DNA of 64,000 nt from Chrysomallon squamiferum (taxonomy: Eukaryota > Animalia > Mollusca), in assembly GCA_012295275.1 (NCBI GenBank), contig CM022668.1, positions 2,790,001 to 2,854,000 of the forward strand. Reading direction: 5' to 3'. Below, in pieces: positions 1 to 11,946 of the stretch. Numbering within the stretch: position 1 is the first letter of the stretch; each line of letters opens with the position of its first letter. The notes beneath the pieces are model-generated. The model was not told the DNA's origin. It ran no database searches and worked only from the letters and a program-made list of their open reading frames with translations. The translations under genes were made by a program, and so were the position numbers.

Positions 1-82
1 TGGGTATTTAACTTTTGTTCTCTTTCTAAACTGAATCTTTAACACGTACAGATATTTATTTGTTTTTCCATGTTTATTGAAG

Positions 83-305
83 GCTTCTGTCCACAAGGCG
101 ATCAGCCAGGCATCATTTGGAACAACTACACATGCGCAGAACTGGTGCTTCACGAACCGGAAATGTGCTACGATCGAAATACTCGTGTTCGCTGTTGTCA
201 GGCGTGTCATTCTATTTATAGAGATGTCAAAGGTTAGTTCCGTTTTATACCTGTCAATTTGTGTATGCGCGTTTTATTTATTTATTATTGTTGTTGTTGG
301 TGGTG

Positions 306-343
<38 letters not shown>

Positions 344-477
344 TCCAGGATGTGAGTACGGAGACAAAAGTTCCCAGTGCAGGAAAGACCTAGTTATACC
401 TATCGGTTGCTATAGTAACGAAAATCTATGTTGTGAGACGTGTAGTAAATTAAAAGATCTAACTAATCCAAGTAAGT

Positions 478-527
<50 letters not shown>

Positions 528-2151
528 ATCACAAACACACACACATATAGAAACAAAGTAACACACTGTAAAATTATCCTTTAACATAAAAATACATTTA
601 TATCTGGGAAGTAGCGTTTGGAACGGGAAACACAGAAAAATAATATTTTTATGTTTGTATTATGCAGCTTGCCCATTCGGTGATAAGAGCACGTGGTGCG
701 AGACGACGTTAAAACCGCCCTACGACTGCTACGACAACGAGGACCTTTGTTGCGGAACGTGCCAAAAATACCGTAATGTCTCTAATATAGGTAATCAGCA
801 CCCTACTGTTTTTATCAATAAAATACTATCAATGATGATGACAAAGACAAAAATACCGTAATGTCTCTAATATAGGTAATCAGCACTCAGATATTTTTAT
901 CAATAAAATACTATCTAATAATACAGTGACAAAGACAAAAATACCGTAATGTCTCTAATATAGGTAATCAGCACCCTGATACTTTTATCAGTAAAATACT
1001 ATCTAATAATACAGTGACAGAGACAAAAATACCGTAATGTCTCTAATATAGGTAATCAGCACCCTGATACTTTTATCAGTAAAATACTATCTAATAATAC
1101 AGTGACAGAGACAAAAATACCGTAATGTCTCTAATATAGGTAATCAGTACCCTGATACTTTTATCAATAAAATACTATCTAATAATACAGTGACAGAGAC
1201 AAAAATACCGTAATGTCTCTAATATATGTAATCAGTACTCTGATATTCTTTATCAATAAAATACTATCTGATAATACAGTGACAGACAAAAATACCAATG
1301 ATATAGGTAATGACAAAACTAAAATACAAAAATACCAGAGACAAAAATACCGTAATGTGTCTAATATAGGTAATCAGCACCCTCTAATCATTTTCAATGA
1401 TGATGACAATAATATTTTATCAATAAAATACTATCTGATAATAATCAGTACTCTAATTTTTTATCAATAAAATACTATCTAATAATACAGTGACAAAGGC
1501 AAAAATACCGTAATGTTTCTAATATAGGTAATCAGCACTCTAATATTATGTCAGTAAAATTACTATTATATTAATAAAAATAGTTAAAACTGTTAATATT
1601 AATATTATGACCAAAATACTGTTATGATGTTATATAATATACTGGTCAGTAAATTAATGTTAGTTTTACAATAATATGTAATATTTATTATTATTGTTGT
1701 TGTTGTAGTTGTATCAAAGGTACCGTATTGTCACCAATATAGATAATGATGACTACTTTTACGTTTAAAAGATTATTAATCGTAAATAATTTATTTATTT
1801 ATTTTTATTTTTTTGTTTTTATTTTATTTTTATTTTTTTTTCAGGTTGTGAATATGGGGATAAGCATATAGACTGTTCAGTTATCCAGTATCCTATTGGT
1901 TGCTATGACAACGAGGATTTATGCTGCAGTACATGTGCACTAATGAAAAATAATGATAGGCCAGGTGAGTTATTTACAGTAGTAGTAGTCGTAGTAGTAG
2001 TCGTAGTAGTAGTATTTATCTGTTACAGTAAACATGGAGTCATAAATAATCTAAAAATAAATAAATAAATAAATTAGATTTGAGTGTTCCACGAGTAATA
2101 AATAATAAAATAAGTAAATAAATAAATATAAATATAAAAATAATAAATACA

Positions 2152-2182
<31 letters not shown>

Positions 2183-2766
2183 ATATAAAAATTTTAATAA
2201 CAAGTTTGACTTTCACGTTACGAATATGGAGTAATATATATAATAAAACAAAGAAACAAACAAAATAAATAAATAAATAAATAGACAGACAGACAAAGAA
2301 ATGTAAAGTGTTAAAAAATGAGGTTTCACTGTTTCAGACTGCGAATATGGGGACAGGTCGACTTGGTGCGAAACTGAACTCAACCCCGAGTTCGACTGCC
2401 ACCTCAACAAAAAACTCTGCTGCGCCACGTGCAAATATGGCGACCTCTATGGAGGTCAGAGCGGATATCGTAAGTTTGAAAACTTTTACTCCATCTTTCT
2501 TTTTATTTATTTATTTATTTATTTATTTATTATTTCGCTTTTTCTTGTTTCCGTTTCCGTTTTTTGGGGTTTTTTTTTTTGGATTCACTGAAAATTGTAT
2601 AAATGAGTGCAATATATACTTAGTAACTGAACGTTTTTGTCAAGTTTTTTTTTTTTTTTAAGTGTATTTTTGTTTTTACGATATTTATTTACTAGATTCA
2701 ACCAATTTAACTTGTTCACATATACTTTCTCTTAAGTATTGCGTTATTATTACACTGCTGTTGTTG

Positions 2767-2827
<61 letters not shown>

Positions 2828-2936
2828 CGCTGTTGTTGTTATTATCATTTTATTTATTATTATTGTTATTATTATTATTATTTTTTTTTTTTGTTGTTTG
2901 TTTATTTATTTATTTTCTTTTTCAGTGCCATACTAG
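83..2936 (+). CDS. 3' part of a gene with five tandem six-Cys PLAC-like modules, probably the C-terminus of an ADAM/ADAMTS-like (M12B) secreted metalloprotease; 5' end outside the window
   Basis: AG/GT-bounded, phase-1 exons splice into one open frame: 83-232 (FCPQGDQPG...CCQAC), 349-471 (GCEYGDKSSQC...CCETC), 668-790 (CPFGDKSTWC...CCGTC), 1845-1964 (GCEYGDKHIDC...CCSTC), 2338-2469 (CEYGDRSTWC...CCATC), 2926-2936 (LPY-stop). AATAAA at 2978-2983. The metalloprotease identity is inferred from module type only. Confidence 0.8.
763..1560 (+). repeat. about 88-bp minisatellite (about 8 copies) containing the end of exon 668-790 and its splice donor
   Basis: Unit CAAAAATACCGTAATGTCTCTAATATAG|GTAATCAGCAC... 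starts at 763, 848, 936, 1024, 1112, 1200, then degenerates (about 1342, 1500). Confidence 0.9.
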
Positions 2937-3224
2937 TGAAGATCAAGTTTGTTCAGTACATTTTAATATTGAGATTAAATAAAAGGTTTTTATTTTTTTA
3001 ATATATTCCCCACATCTACATGTTTTTCTTCTAACTAGTGCTTGAAAATCATATATTTATTTTGAAAATTATTTCTGCTGTGATTATTACTTATTATTAT
3101 TATTTGTTGTTGTTATTATTATTAGAATACTATTATTTATTTATTATTATATTATTATTATTATTGTTATTACACTATTATTTATTTAATTATTATTATT
3201 ATTGTTATTACACTATTATTTATT

Positions 3225-3292
<68 letters not shown>

Positions 3293-3990
3293 AAGGAATA
3301 AGAGCTAGTGCAATTTTTGGTTTCTAGTTTTGTAGGAACTGTGATGTACAAAATGTAGCAGAAATTTGTAATAGTTTTCAGTTCATACATAAACATACAC
3401 AGATCCAAAATAAATAAAATATAAACATTTCCAGTTACTGGAAAGTGAACTTAGCAATGTGCATGATTTATAGAAAGATTTATAAAAATTGTCATTGTAA
3501 CTTTCAGAAAAAAAAAAAAATCTGAGCCTAATTACAAAACCAAAATAAAAAAATAAATAAATAAAAATAAATAATTATCTGAAATATTATACACATGCAA
3601 TGAAACAGTAAAAACAAAAAAAAAAACAAAAAAGTAAAAGCAAAAAATAGAAGAAAAGGAGAAAGGGAAAAAAATAATAGAGAAATGTATGAAATTACAG
3701 CTGGATTATTAAAAAAAAATGTGTTTTATCCTCATCTGAATTTTTTAGTACAGTAAACTATAAAAATTTTATTTATTACTTTTGTCATTTGATTTACTTT
3801 TACGATCATTGTCATCATTTTATTATTATTTTATTATCTCCTTGAAATGTAAATGAAAAATATTAAAAAACTGTAATTTTATGAGCATTTTCTGTTCAAA
3901 ATTTAATATTATTCATGTCTCAACAAATACTCAACAAAGCCATGATATAAATAACAGTGTAGATATCAGACTTTGATGCTGACTGTAAAT

Positions 3991-4157
3991 ACAGGCAGAC
4001 ATACAGAAATTAAATGGGGGAGTGCATAGGCTCAGATGCATGCCCTCCTGAAACATTATAAAATCTAAAATGAAGGAGAAACATTCTTGGAAATGAGACC
4101 ATGGGGAGGGGGTGGGGTCTACATGCACCCTTCCCACTTCCCTGAATACCTGCCTGA
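3991..4157. mobile_element. possible degenerate MITE-like element
   Basis: GC-richer island with imperfect inverted ends: CAGGCAGACATACAG...GGGGAGTGCAT on the left, ATGCACCCTTCC...CTGAATACCTGCCTG on the right. Confidence 0.3.
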
Positions 4158-4473
4158 CATATTCAAAATTAAGAGTTATGTGGGTTTTTATTTTTTTTTT
4201 TTATTTCAAATATTTTTGCATGGTCTGTTTCATTTTTTTAAATTATTTTTTCTTTGTTATGTTCATGGAATTTCTCCTCTCTTCCTAAGTACAGCTTGTT
4301 TTAAGACAATAGTAGCATTAATTGTTTGTTCAGCAATGATGTCATAAAATTTAAAAAATTCAGAATATTAAAGATAATGGCTTTTCCAAAACTGTTTGAA
4401 AATAATTCTCAGTCCAAGAGGTTTTTTTAAATTTCAGCAATAACAGAAGTTATTTTATTAATTTTTTTTTTTT

Positions 4474-4509
<36 letters not shown>

Positions 4510-6169
4510 CAGCAACAGCTGAAGTTATTTAATTAAACCAGAACATTATCATCTATGAAAATGTTAAATGAATAATGTTTATGAACAAAAGATAATGAAA
4601 ATACTAGAATAACTTGCATTTCTAAAAAAAAATTAAATATACATTATTTATTTATTTAGTTTTATTTATTATTATTGACTGACTTAATAACATCTGAAAG
4701 GACCAACAAACAGCAGATTCCAAATGAATAAGGCTTTCTCTAACATACTAACAAGCTAACCAAATATTTAAATACTTTCTTTTTATCTATGCATTTATGT
4801 ATGTAATTTGCAAAAACAAAATAAATAAAATAAAACAAAGTAAAATAAAATAATAAACAAACAAACAAAATGAAACAAAACAAAACAAGCTAAATAAAAT
4901 AAAACAAACTTTATTATTGTGAAGCATTTATGGAATGTTTACTATGATCAAAGCCTGATTAAATAATTTGTTTAAAATAATTTATTAAGAGTACTGCATA
5001 CAAATGCATCTGTTTGAAACATAATAATAACAAATAAATCAAAAAGGCATCAAGATATTTTAAAATATTAAAATATTTTCTAAATATCATGTAAACGAAA
5101 TAGTAAAATCTTTTTTTTTTAAATAACTTAAAATTCACTAATTACTAGTAATCTGAATAACAACAAAATTAGAAATATCATATTATATGTGTTGATAACT
5201 TTCAACTTGCTAACATTCATAAACAGTATTAAATATAATATTTGTTCACAGTTCATTATCTGAAGTGGATCATAAAGTATTTATTAAGGATTCATGATCT
5301 TTATTAATAATTATTTCGCTCTATATATTGTGAATTTTGCCAACTGTTTGCTCACTGAGGGTGCAAATCCCTGATGTGGTTTTTTGTTTATAATTCAAAT
5401 ACATCGCAACATTTCAACTGCCCTGGAAGCTCTATTCTGATATGTAAACCATCTTAAAATCTATATATATATAATTATTAAAAATAAAAATAAAAATAAT
5501 AATCATAATAATAATAATAGTAATAATAATGTTTTATCAAAATTGTACAAGTTTTTTGTTATGTTTGTAACACAGTTAAATTTTTGAATAAAACAGACTA
5601 GAAGGAATCGCAAAAGTTCTATGATACAAATTCATGTATTAAAGCTTAAATAATAATAAGTTTTGTTGTACACCGAACAATTATGTGACTATAAATAGTA
5701 TTAAAAAAAAAAAAAAAACAATTTATTATTTAATGGTAATAAAAAAAATAAAATTAAAAACTAGGAGAAATATTTAATTCATGAAAAAAAAGACAACAGA
5801 AGTATAATCATGAATACATAAGGACAAATTGCAAAAAAATAAAATTTTATGATAAAGACTGTCACCACAGATTTAATATTCAAATTTAAGTGTCCCAGTT
5901 TTTTTAAAGTTTTTTTTAAATTAACACATTATTTCAAATGATAAAATTTTGATATTATCAGTTGGTAGTATCAATTATCTTTGAAACCAGAACACCATAC
6001 ATGAAAATTTGATAAAAATAAGGACATTATTATACAAGAATATTAAGTAGTCTAGAAATACAAACACATATTTTCTCATTGAGTATTTTCTTTAATCCAC
6101 TGATGAGCAAACATTTTCATTTACTGACTGAACCAGACTTTAACTTGTATGCTGAATGTTATATATGTG

Positions 6170-6250
<81 letters not shown>

Positions 6251-7562
6251 TTTTGCAGACTTGTGTTAGTAATAAACAGACACTTTACAAAATAAAAATT
6301 TATTATGTGAAGAAATTAACTATATTACTGAATAGACTAATTTTTGTTAAATAAAATAAATATAAAAATGACTGCAGTTACCACACTAAAGAAAAAATTG
6401 ATGGAAAAATCTCAGAAATGACTTAATAAAAATTCACATTTTATCTAAAATGTTTTAGCCAAAATTATGTTTCTCCAGTGTAGTAATCTGACATGTAAAA
6501 AATATTTGAATATAATTAATTCGGTTTAAAAAAAAAAAGAGCATTTGTAACGATAAATATATATATAATTTTGTTGATCTAGAATATTCAAAATGGATAT
6601 ATATATATATATAAAAAAAAAAATGTATGTGACTAGAGACATACTAAAATGCTTTTTTTTTTTTTACAGTAAAAATTTAAATAAATAAATAAAATAATGA
6701 TAATAATAATAGTAATAGCAATATAATTTTTATTTAATACATTCAGATACAAAACACAGCACCATGTAAACACATCTATCAATACAAAGCAATTCATACA
6801 CAATTTTTAGTTACACATCTATAGCAGTTTTGATCTTCTAAAAATCTATCTTATATTACTAATTTTATAATTTATTCTAATTTCTGCCAAAACTATTAAA
6901 ATACTAAGTCTTGATAAAAAAAATTTAATTAATAAATCAACAAAAGAAAAACGAAAATTTTGATATTATTTTCAAATTATTAATTTAAACATTTTGATTC
7001 TACTTTCTGCAAGAGAAAGTAAATGTTATGTATCATTTTCAAATGTGTGAGCATGTGAGCAATATTTATGGATAAAGTATAAAGTTTCTTGATGCTTAAT
7101 AAAAAGTTTCAGAATTTTTTTCCATAAAATGATCAAAAATGTTTTTCTATTGCATTAAATTTGTTCGAGATACAAATTTTATTAAAACTGTTATCAGTTT
7201 AAACAAAATGACAACAAAATAATGTTTAACCAATCTTAACTGAGAATGATTTCATTACAATATTATTTTTAAAATTTTAATTAACATAGTAAAGCACCTC
7301 TGTAATCTAAGTAATAATAATAAAAAATAATAATAATAATTATTATTATTATTTAATGACTGCATAAGTTCATAAATGGGGTATATATATATATACATTA
7401 CAAGCATATTAAAAAAAATAATAAAAAATTACAAGTTGTTCACAAATTAAAAAAGCTAAAACATATCTTCATTCTTAACAGTTTATAAAAATATTTCAGT
7501 AAAGGTTTTGACAGAAATTAGACTGACTGTGTTAATATACTACACTATTTTTTATACAGATA

Positions 7563-7730
7563 TTACAGTTCATCGTGTTTCGGTCCACTGAATTCTTCAT
7601 GAGAAATGAAGCCATCTTTGTCTTTATCTTCACTTGCAAAAATTTCATTGACCATTTTTGTGTTATCTTCATTTGATCCTTCAGCCTGCGCCTCTTCACC
7701 ATGCATCTGATCTCCAATAAATTTTACAAC
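7563..7730 (-). CDS. FKBP14: FKBP alternative terminal exon F (most distal, most FKBP14-like): EF-hand 2 + HDEL
   Basis: tttcag|GTT...; [55 protein letters not shown]; 168 nt. Confidence 0.9.
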   Translation of the reverse strand, partial: VVKFIGDQMHGEEAQAEGSNEDNTKMVNEIFASEDKDKDGFISHEEFSGPKHDEL

Positions 7731-7765
7731 CTGAAATAGAAAACCAGATTTGTTTATAAATAATA

Positions 7766-7797
<32 letters not shown>

Positions 7798-10700
7798 ACA
7801 AATATATAAATAAATAAAAGTTCTATGTTAAATAACAGGACAAACAAAAATATGTAGTGTTAACATTTGTTTTGTTTTGTTTTTTTTTGGCTGATGCTAA
7901 TGATATTAACAAAGAATGATAAAGAAACAGATAAAGAGAGAGAGATAGAGATAGAGATTGAGATTGAGATTTGAGAGATTTAAGCAGAGTCAAGAAAGCT
8001 GATTATGGTTACAAGCTGGGATCAAAGCAAAGTCTGCAAATCTGAATAAAACAGACAGTAAAAAGTAAACAAACCACAGCAGAAAGTTTAAATTACAACA
8101 ACATTTGCAACTGTAAATTCACACATATAAACACAGGTAAGTATACACATACACATATATAAACACACACAGGTAAGTATACACATACACATATATAAAC
8201 ACACACAGGTAAGTATACACATACACATGTATAAACACACACAGGTAAGTATATACATATATATACATATACACCTAGAGAAACATTCTTTTTCACTCTC
8301 TAAATGTGGTTTTAAATTAAATTAAAGTTTAAAAAATAATGTAACATTTAATCCCAGTCATCAGTACAAATACAAGTTTACTACTTGTGACAGCAGAAAA
8401 CAAACACTGATACAACTAACACAAACCTGTTCATGCATGATTGTGTGTTTGTATAAACAAAATATATACCACCTTCAAAGTAACGTATAATAATAATAAT
8501 AAGAACAGTAATACTGACAATAGTATGATGTTGATAAAAATAACAGTAATAAAATAATAATAATTTTAATAATAATATGATGCTGATGATAAAACAATAA
8601 TAAAATTGTAAATAATAAAATTGCTTAGTAATATTAATAATAATTACACTGTCTTAGGTATATATTTAGTTCAATTACATGCACAAGTTCCCACAAAAAT
8701 GGATAAAACCTTTTAGAAACCCACACTTACATATATACAGACATACTTACACATATAAAAATGTGGGTAAACAACAATGATTCTGTAAAGCATTCATACA
8801 TAGCAAATATCTCATATCAACTGCACCGAGATAAAAACAACAACAACCAAATCAATTCAAAGAATTTTAAAAGTTTAAAGAAATATTACCTTTAATAAAT
8901 GAAATACTGAATGAACAAGTTACAGGCAAAGTGAGTGAATTACATAGACACATTTTTTAATCTTGAATAAGTAACTCCAAATAAACAGAGAAAAAGTTTC
9001 TTGAATAAAAAATATAAATCTTTACTGACAACAATTTTTCAAATGAGTAAATCTATTTTGTACTTATAACTGTTATTTCACAGAAATTCTTGTGATTAAC
9101 GTATTATTTTGTTCTTACTATAATAAGTAAGTATCTCTTTTCTTCTTAAGTTGGCAACTAGTTCTAGTAACTCTTTACTTCTTAAATGAATAGGAAACTG
9201 AACTATAAAATTAATTCTCAACAATCTAATGTTAAGTAATTTAATTTTTCAGGTTCACTTGAATTAATTCTGTGTTCAAACATGCCTTAGACCATCAATA
9301 TATGCGTGTGTGTGTGTGTGTGTGTTGTGTGTGTGTGTCTGGGGGTGTATGTTTACATACACATACATGTGCATATGTCAGATGCAGAAGAACCAAACCA
9401 CAAAAGTAAACAAAAAATAGCAAAGACGACACAAAAAAAGACAATAACACCTGATAAGAAACCTGCATAAAGAACAGTTTACCTGAACCCAGACAGAAAA
9501 CAGAAAGAATTAAAAAAAACTGTAATACATACCATGTGACTAACTCAATGTCACAGGTGAGAAACCACCAGAAATAAATGACCAAGCTGGTTTTATGACA
9601 TCAAACAAATGGTTTACAATGTATACAATGAAAAAACGAAACTGGACTGCATCCACATGATGGTTATTTTTTCATCTAACAGCAGATAACTTTTACAGGA
9701 AGGTCACAACATGACTTTGATATGTAAACTAAGAGGTAAAACAATTTAAGTTTTAATTTTAATTTCAGAGTCCCATTTTCTTTGTTTTGCCATCTTTTCT
9801 TTTGTGCTAAGCTAAGCCTCCTGTTACAGGTTTGACATCACATCATGTTAAGGAATGCTATATTATTATATCATATCCTATTATAATAATTTATTATTCT
9901 ATTAGCCAAGTTTAATTACAGCTGTGTTCCTTGCTATATGTGTATTTGTATGTCCTTTTTTTTTTTTTACAGTTGTTAATTTATTAAAGAGCACAAGTAT
10001 AAGACAATAAGTGAGAGGGAGAGAGAGAATGAAAGAGAAAAAATCCAAACTGAAAATGCAAGAATGGCATCAAGAAAAATGTAAGGGAAACCGGAGAAAA
10101 TAATTTTTAAAAAAAAAGTAAAATCGAAGAATCATTCAGCATGGATATCAATGAATATTATTAAAAATATTTTTAAAAAAAATCATTTTAACTTCTGAAA
10201 GAGACAATCAGATGAGAATTAATTACATATGTAATTGAAAAATATTAAATTGTAAAACAATGGATTCAGAAATGTCTTTTAATGAGAAGCAAATAATGTA
10301 ATTAGATAATGGATTATGCATATTTAAAAAAAAAAAAAAAAAAAAATATGTTTTTTATAATTCGCCACGACGGTCATGATACTCGGAATCTGTTATGAAT
10401 CCATTTTTGTCTAAATCGTAGTAACTCATGAGATTTTTAACATAGGTCTGATGTTCACTGCCATCCACTTTGAAATCTTTCTGTGAAGACATTACTTTTT
10501 TCACATAATGATTAATCTAAAAAACAGAAAAATACTTTTAAAATAAAAATGAAAAAAAAAAAAAAAAATAAATACGATAAAATAGACGACAGCTAGGTAA
10601 ACAGATAAAAAAAAAATAATAAAAAAAATAAAATAAAATAAAATAAAATGATAAAATAATAGATATAAATATGGTTTTGTTTTACCAATAACTCAAGTAT

Positions 10701-11887
10701 TACTGTTAACAATAAAAATAAAATAACCAAATAACAGAGATAAACATAAATTATTATTAAAAAAAAAAAAAAAAAAAAAATGAATAGGTTTAAATAGTTT
10801 TGTTTAGAATTACACAAGAACTGAAATTTTATTATTAGAAAATATATATAATAAAGGAAAAAAATAGTAAGAAGAATGAATGAGGAAAGAAACACAGAAA
10901 CAATCAATCAAAACGGAAGCAAACAGATAAAGCAAGAATAGTCGTAAGTAAAATAGAAAGAAAAAATAAATAAAAAGGAAGAAGAAGAAAAAACAAAAGG
11001 AAATAAAACTGAATCATGGGTATCTGGATATATTATTAAAATTAAAAATTATAAATTAACAAAAATAGTTAATAAGCGTAGGAAAATAAATTATTCTCTT
11101 ATATAATATTATAAATAAAAAGATGAAATTTGTAACATTAAAATAAATAAATAATTAATTACAATATGTATTGTTAAAACAGGGAATTTTAAACAATCAA
11201 ACAGTTAAGAAATTAATTATATAAAAAGAAATTTAATTAAAAACGATGAAAGAATTTACAAATATTTGTAATGTTATCAGTTAATGTACTAAGTGTATTT
11301 CTTAAATTTAGTTTTTATTTAAAGTTCATCTCTGACAGTTTTCAGATATTCAGAATTTGATACAAATCCATTTTTGTCTTTGTCTAAATGGTTCATGATA
11401 TTTTCTACATTGTTTTCATGTTCCCTGCTTTCTGTGTTATAACCTTCATGCACAGACATGTGTGTTTTCACATAATCACTAATCTAAAAAGCAAATAAAG
11501 AAATAAAACAAGAAATTATAAAAAAAAATAATAAAAAAATAATAATAATAAAAAAAATAATAATAAAATAAAATAAAAATTTATAAAATAAACAAGCAAA
11601 AAATAAAATAAAAAAAATAAATAAGAAAAAATAATTAAATGACAAATAAAAAAAAAAAAAACAAACAAATAAATGTAATATAAATAAAGAAAGTGTCTGT
11701 GTGTGTGTGTTCATGTGTGAGCATCCATGCACGTGTGTGTGTGATAAAACAAATAAAATTTAAAAAATGCTCTGAAAAATAAAGGCTCCCATGTGTATGA
11801 CTTGTATAAAAATCATCCATCAGAAATCATTCAGCCTAAACCAATAAATGACAGACTTTTCATGCAACAATTTGTTATCAAACATTA

Positions 11888-11946
<59 letters not shown>

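Noticed and set aside
5246-5300. - strand ...SDNEL* resembling a seventh ER-tail exon
   Set aside because: An in-frame TGA lies just upstream and there is no EF loop or acceptor; chance match.
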